Below the pieces are notes generated by a model, which made no database searches, was not told where the DNA came from, and saw only the letters and a list, made by a program, of their open reading frames with translations. This document shows positions 63,312 to 64,000 of a stretch of 64,000 bases of DNA, piece after piece (position 1 is the first letter of the stretch; each line of letters starts with the position of its first letter). Made by a program: the position numbers and the translations under genes. This DNA comes from Azolla caroliniana. Lineage: Eukaryota; Plantae; Polypodiophyta. The DNA lies in the NCBI GenBank assembly GCA_043228905.1, contig JBHGNT010000014.1, forward strand, positions 15,562,001 through 15,626,000, in the 5' to 3' direction.

Positions 63312-64000
63312 TTATAAATTACCATTGGAAATGTCTACAAATCTCCTATAAACAGCTAAGCTCTTGCTAGTCAGTGGAACGAGTCTACATATATTATCCG
63401 CATATTGAGCTCGGTATGGAGTCCACAACCATGCACCTAGTTGGCAGCTCACTGTTTGCACCAGGTACTGTTCAGGCATTTCCTCGGGTAGAATGAGACA
63501 GCATCTCCGAATATTGAAGTAGTGTCGGAAATGTCCTGTATCCAAAATCAATGTATTGTCAGCATTATATTCAGGCCAAGTAGCCCAAAAATCAGAAAGC
63601 CTCTTGAATCTTGCAGCTTCCATCTGCTCACAATTTTCTCGTGCCCATTGACCTTTAAAACGACTTCGCCATTTTGGGAAGAATCTTGCCAAACACTTCC
63701 ACACATCTGATTTTGGTTTCTCACTCCAAATAAACAAATCGAAGTACTCCGCAGCCCACTCTAGAAACTGATTTGCGTCCCTCCTTGGCTGCATATATCT
63801 CACACTCATCAAGACTTTATCCAGCTCCAAGATCAAGGCTCTTCGCTCGACTTCTAGTGGTTTAGGTTTCCATTCCTGAAACTGAGCCGCTGTTACACCA
63901 TTTTCTGGTAGGATACGATCAATCTCAATCAGCTCAGGTTCGGCTGACACAACTGGTGTCCTTTTCCTCTTTAAACCCCTAGTCGACTGTGTTGGGCCTA
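63312..64000 (-). CDS. NIF/FCP1-like HAD-family phosphatase-domain protein, probably catalytically degenerate; N-terminus beyond the window
   Basis: ALILELDKVL (motif I, normally DxDx(T/V)), R..ANQFLEW..EYFDLFIWS, W.RENC, FKRLSDFW, Y..DNTLILD..., N...CLIL. The frame is open to the window edge and includes LKRKR. Confidence 0.7.
   Translation of the reverse strand, partial: GPTQSTRGLKRKRTPVVSAEPELIEIDRILPENGVTAAQFQEWKPKPLEVERRALILELDKVLMSVRYMQPRRDANQFLEWAAEYFDLFIWSEKPKSDVWKCLARFFPKWRSRFKGQWARENCEQMEAARFKRLSDFWATWPEYNADNTLILDTGHFRHYFNIRRCCLILPEEMPEQYLVQTVSCQLGAWLWTPYRAQYADNICRLVPLTSKSLAVYRRFVDISNGNL

Larger units (their letters stand above)
57168..64000 (+). mobile_element. Large DNA transposon (DDD transposase, Sola2-like) with cargo ORF; right end beyond the window
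   Basis: LINE homology stops at ...GGAAGCT and the element begins GGGTGAAAGC; satellite, spliced transposase and the recurrent TAGCTAATTAGCT motif run from 57195 to 63180. Confidence 0.7.

Overview
Eukaryotic, TE-saturated plant DNA, most likely from a fern or another non-seed land plant. That placement is inferred from fern-style PLS-class PPR fragments, the Gypsy type, and TE-filled introns. One host gene is present: chloroplast SAICAR synthetase (PUR7/purC) on the minus strand, with 9 exons from 16563 down to 2684 and its 3' end off-window. Its introns hold a Copia, and a LINE interrupted by a Copia that carries a second Copia. The region 18-57 kb holds PPR pseudogene pieces, RTE/RTE-X-like LINEs, two copies of a CATAGAA-ended MITE, and a nested stack: a LINE interrupted by a Copia and several tRNA-Trp-primed Gypsy elements. 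One Gypsy (41544-49030) is intact with near-identical LTRs. These Gypsy elements share a 4-bp CpG-centred target site. Three show a -1 frameshift/pseudoknot signal after gag-protease, and two carry tRNA-like cassettes in their LTRs. The last ~6.8 kb (57168-end) is a large DNA transposon encoding a spliced 863-aa DDD transposase (Sola2-like). Its single intron is a phased array of the palindrome TAGCTAATTAGCTA. It also has an 83-bp subterminal satellite and a convergent NIF/FCP1-like (pseudo)phosphatase ORF. This element is the best candidate for an undescribed system.
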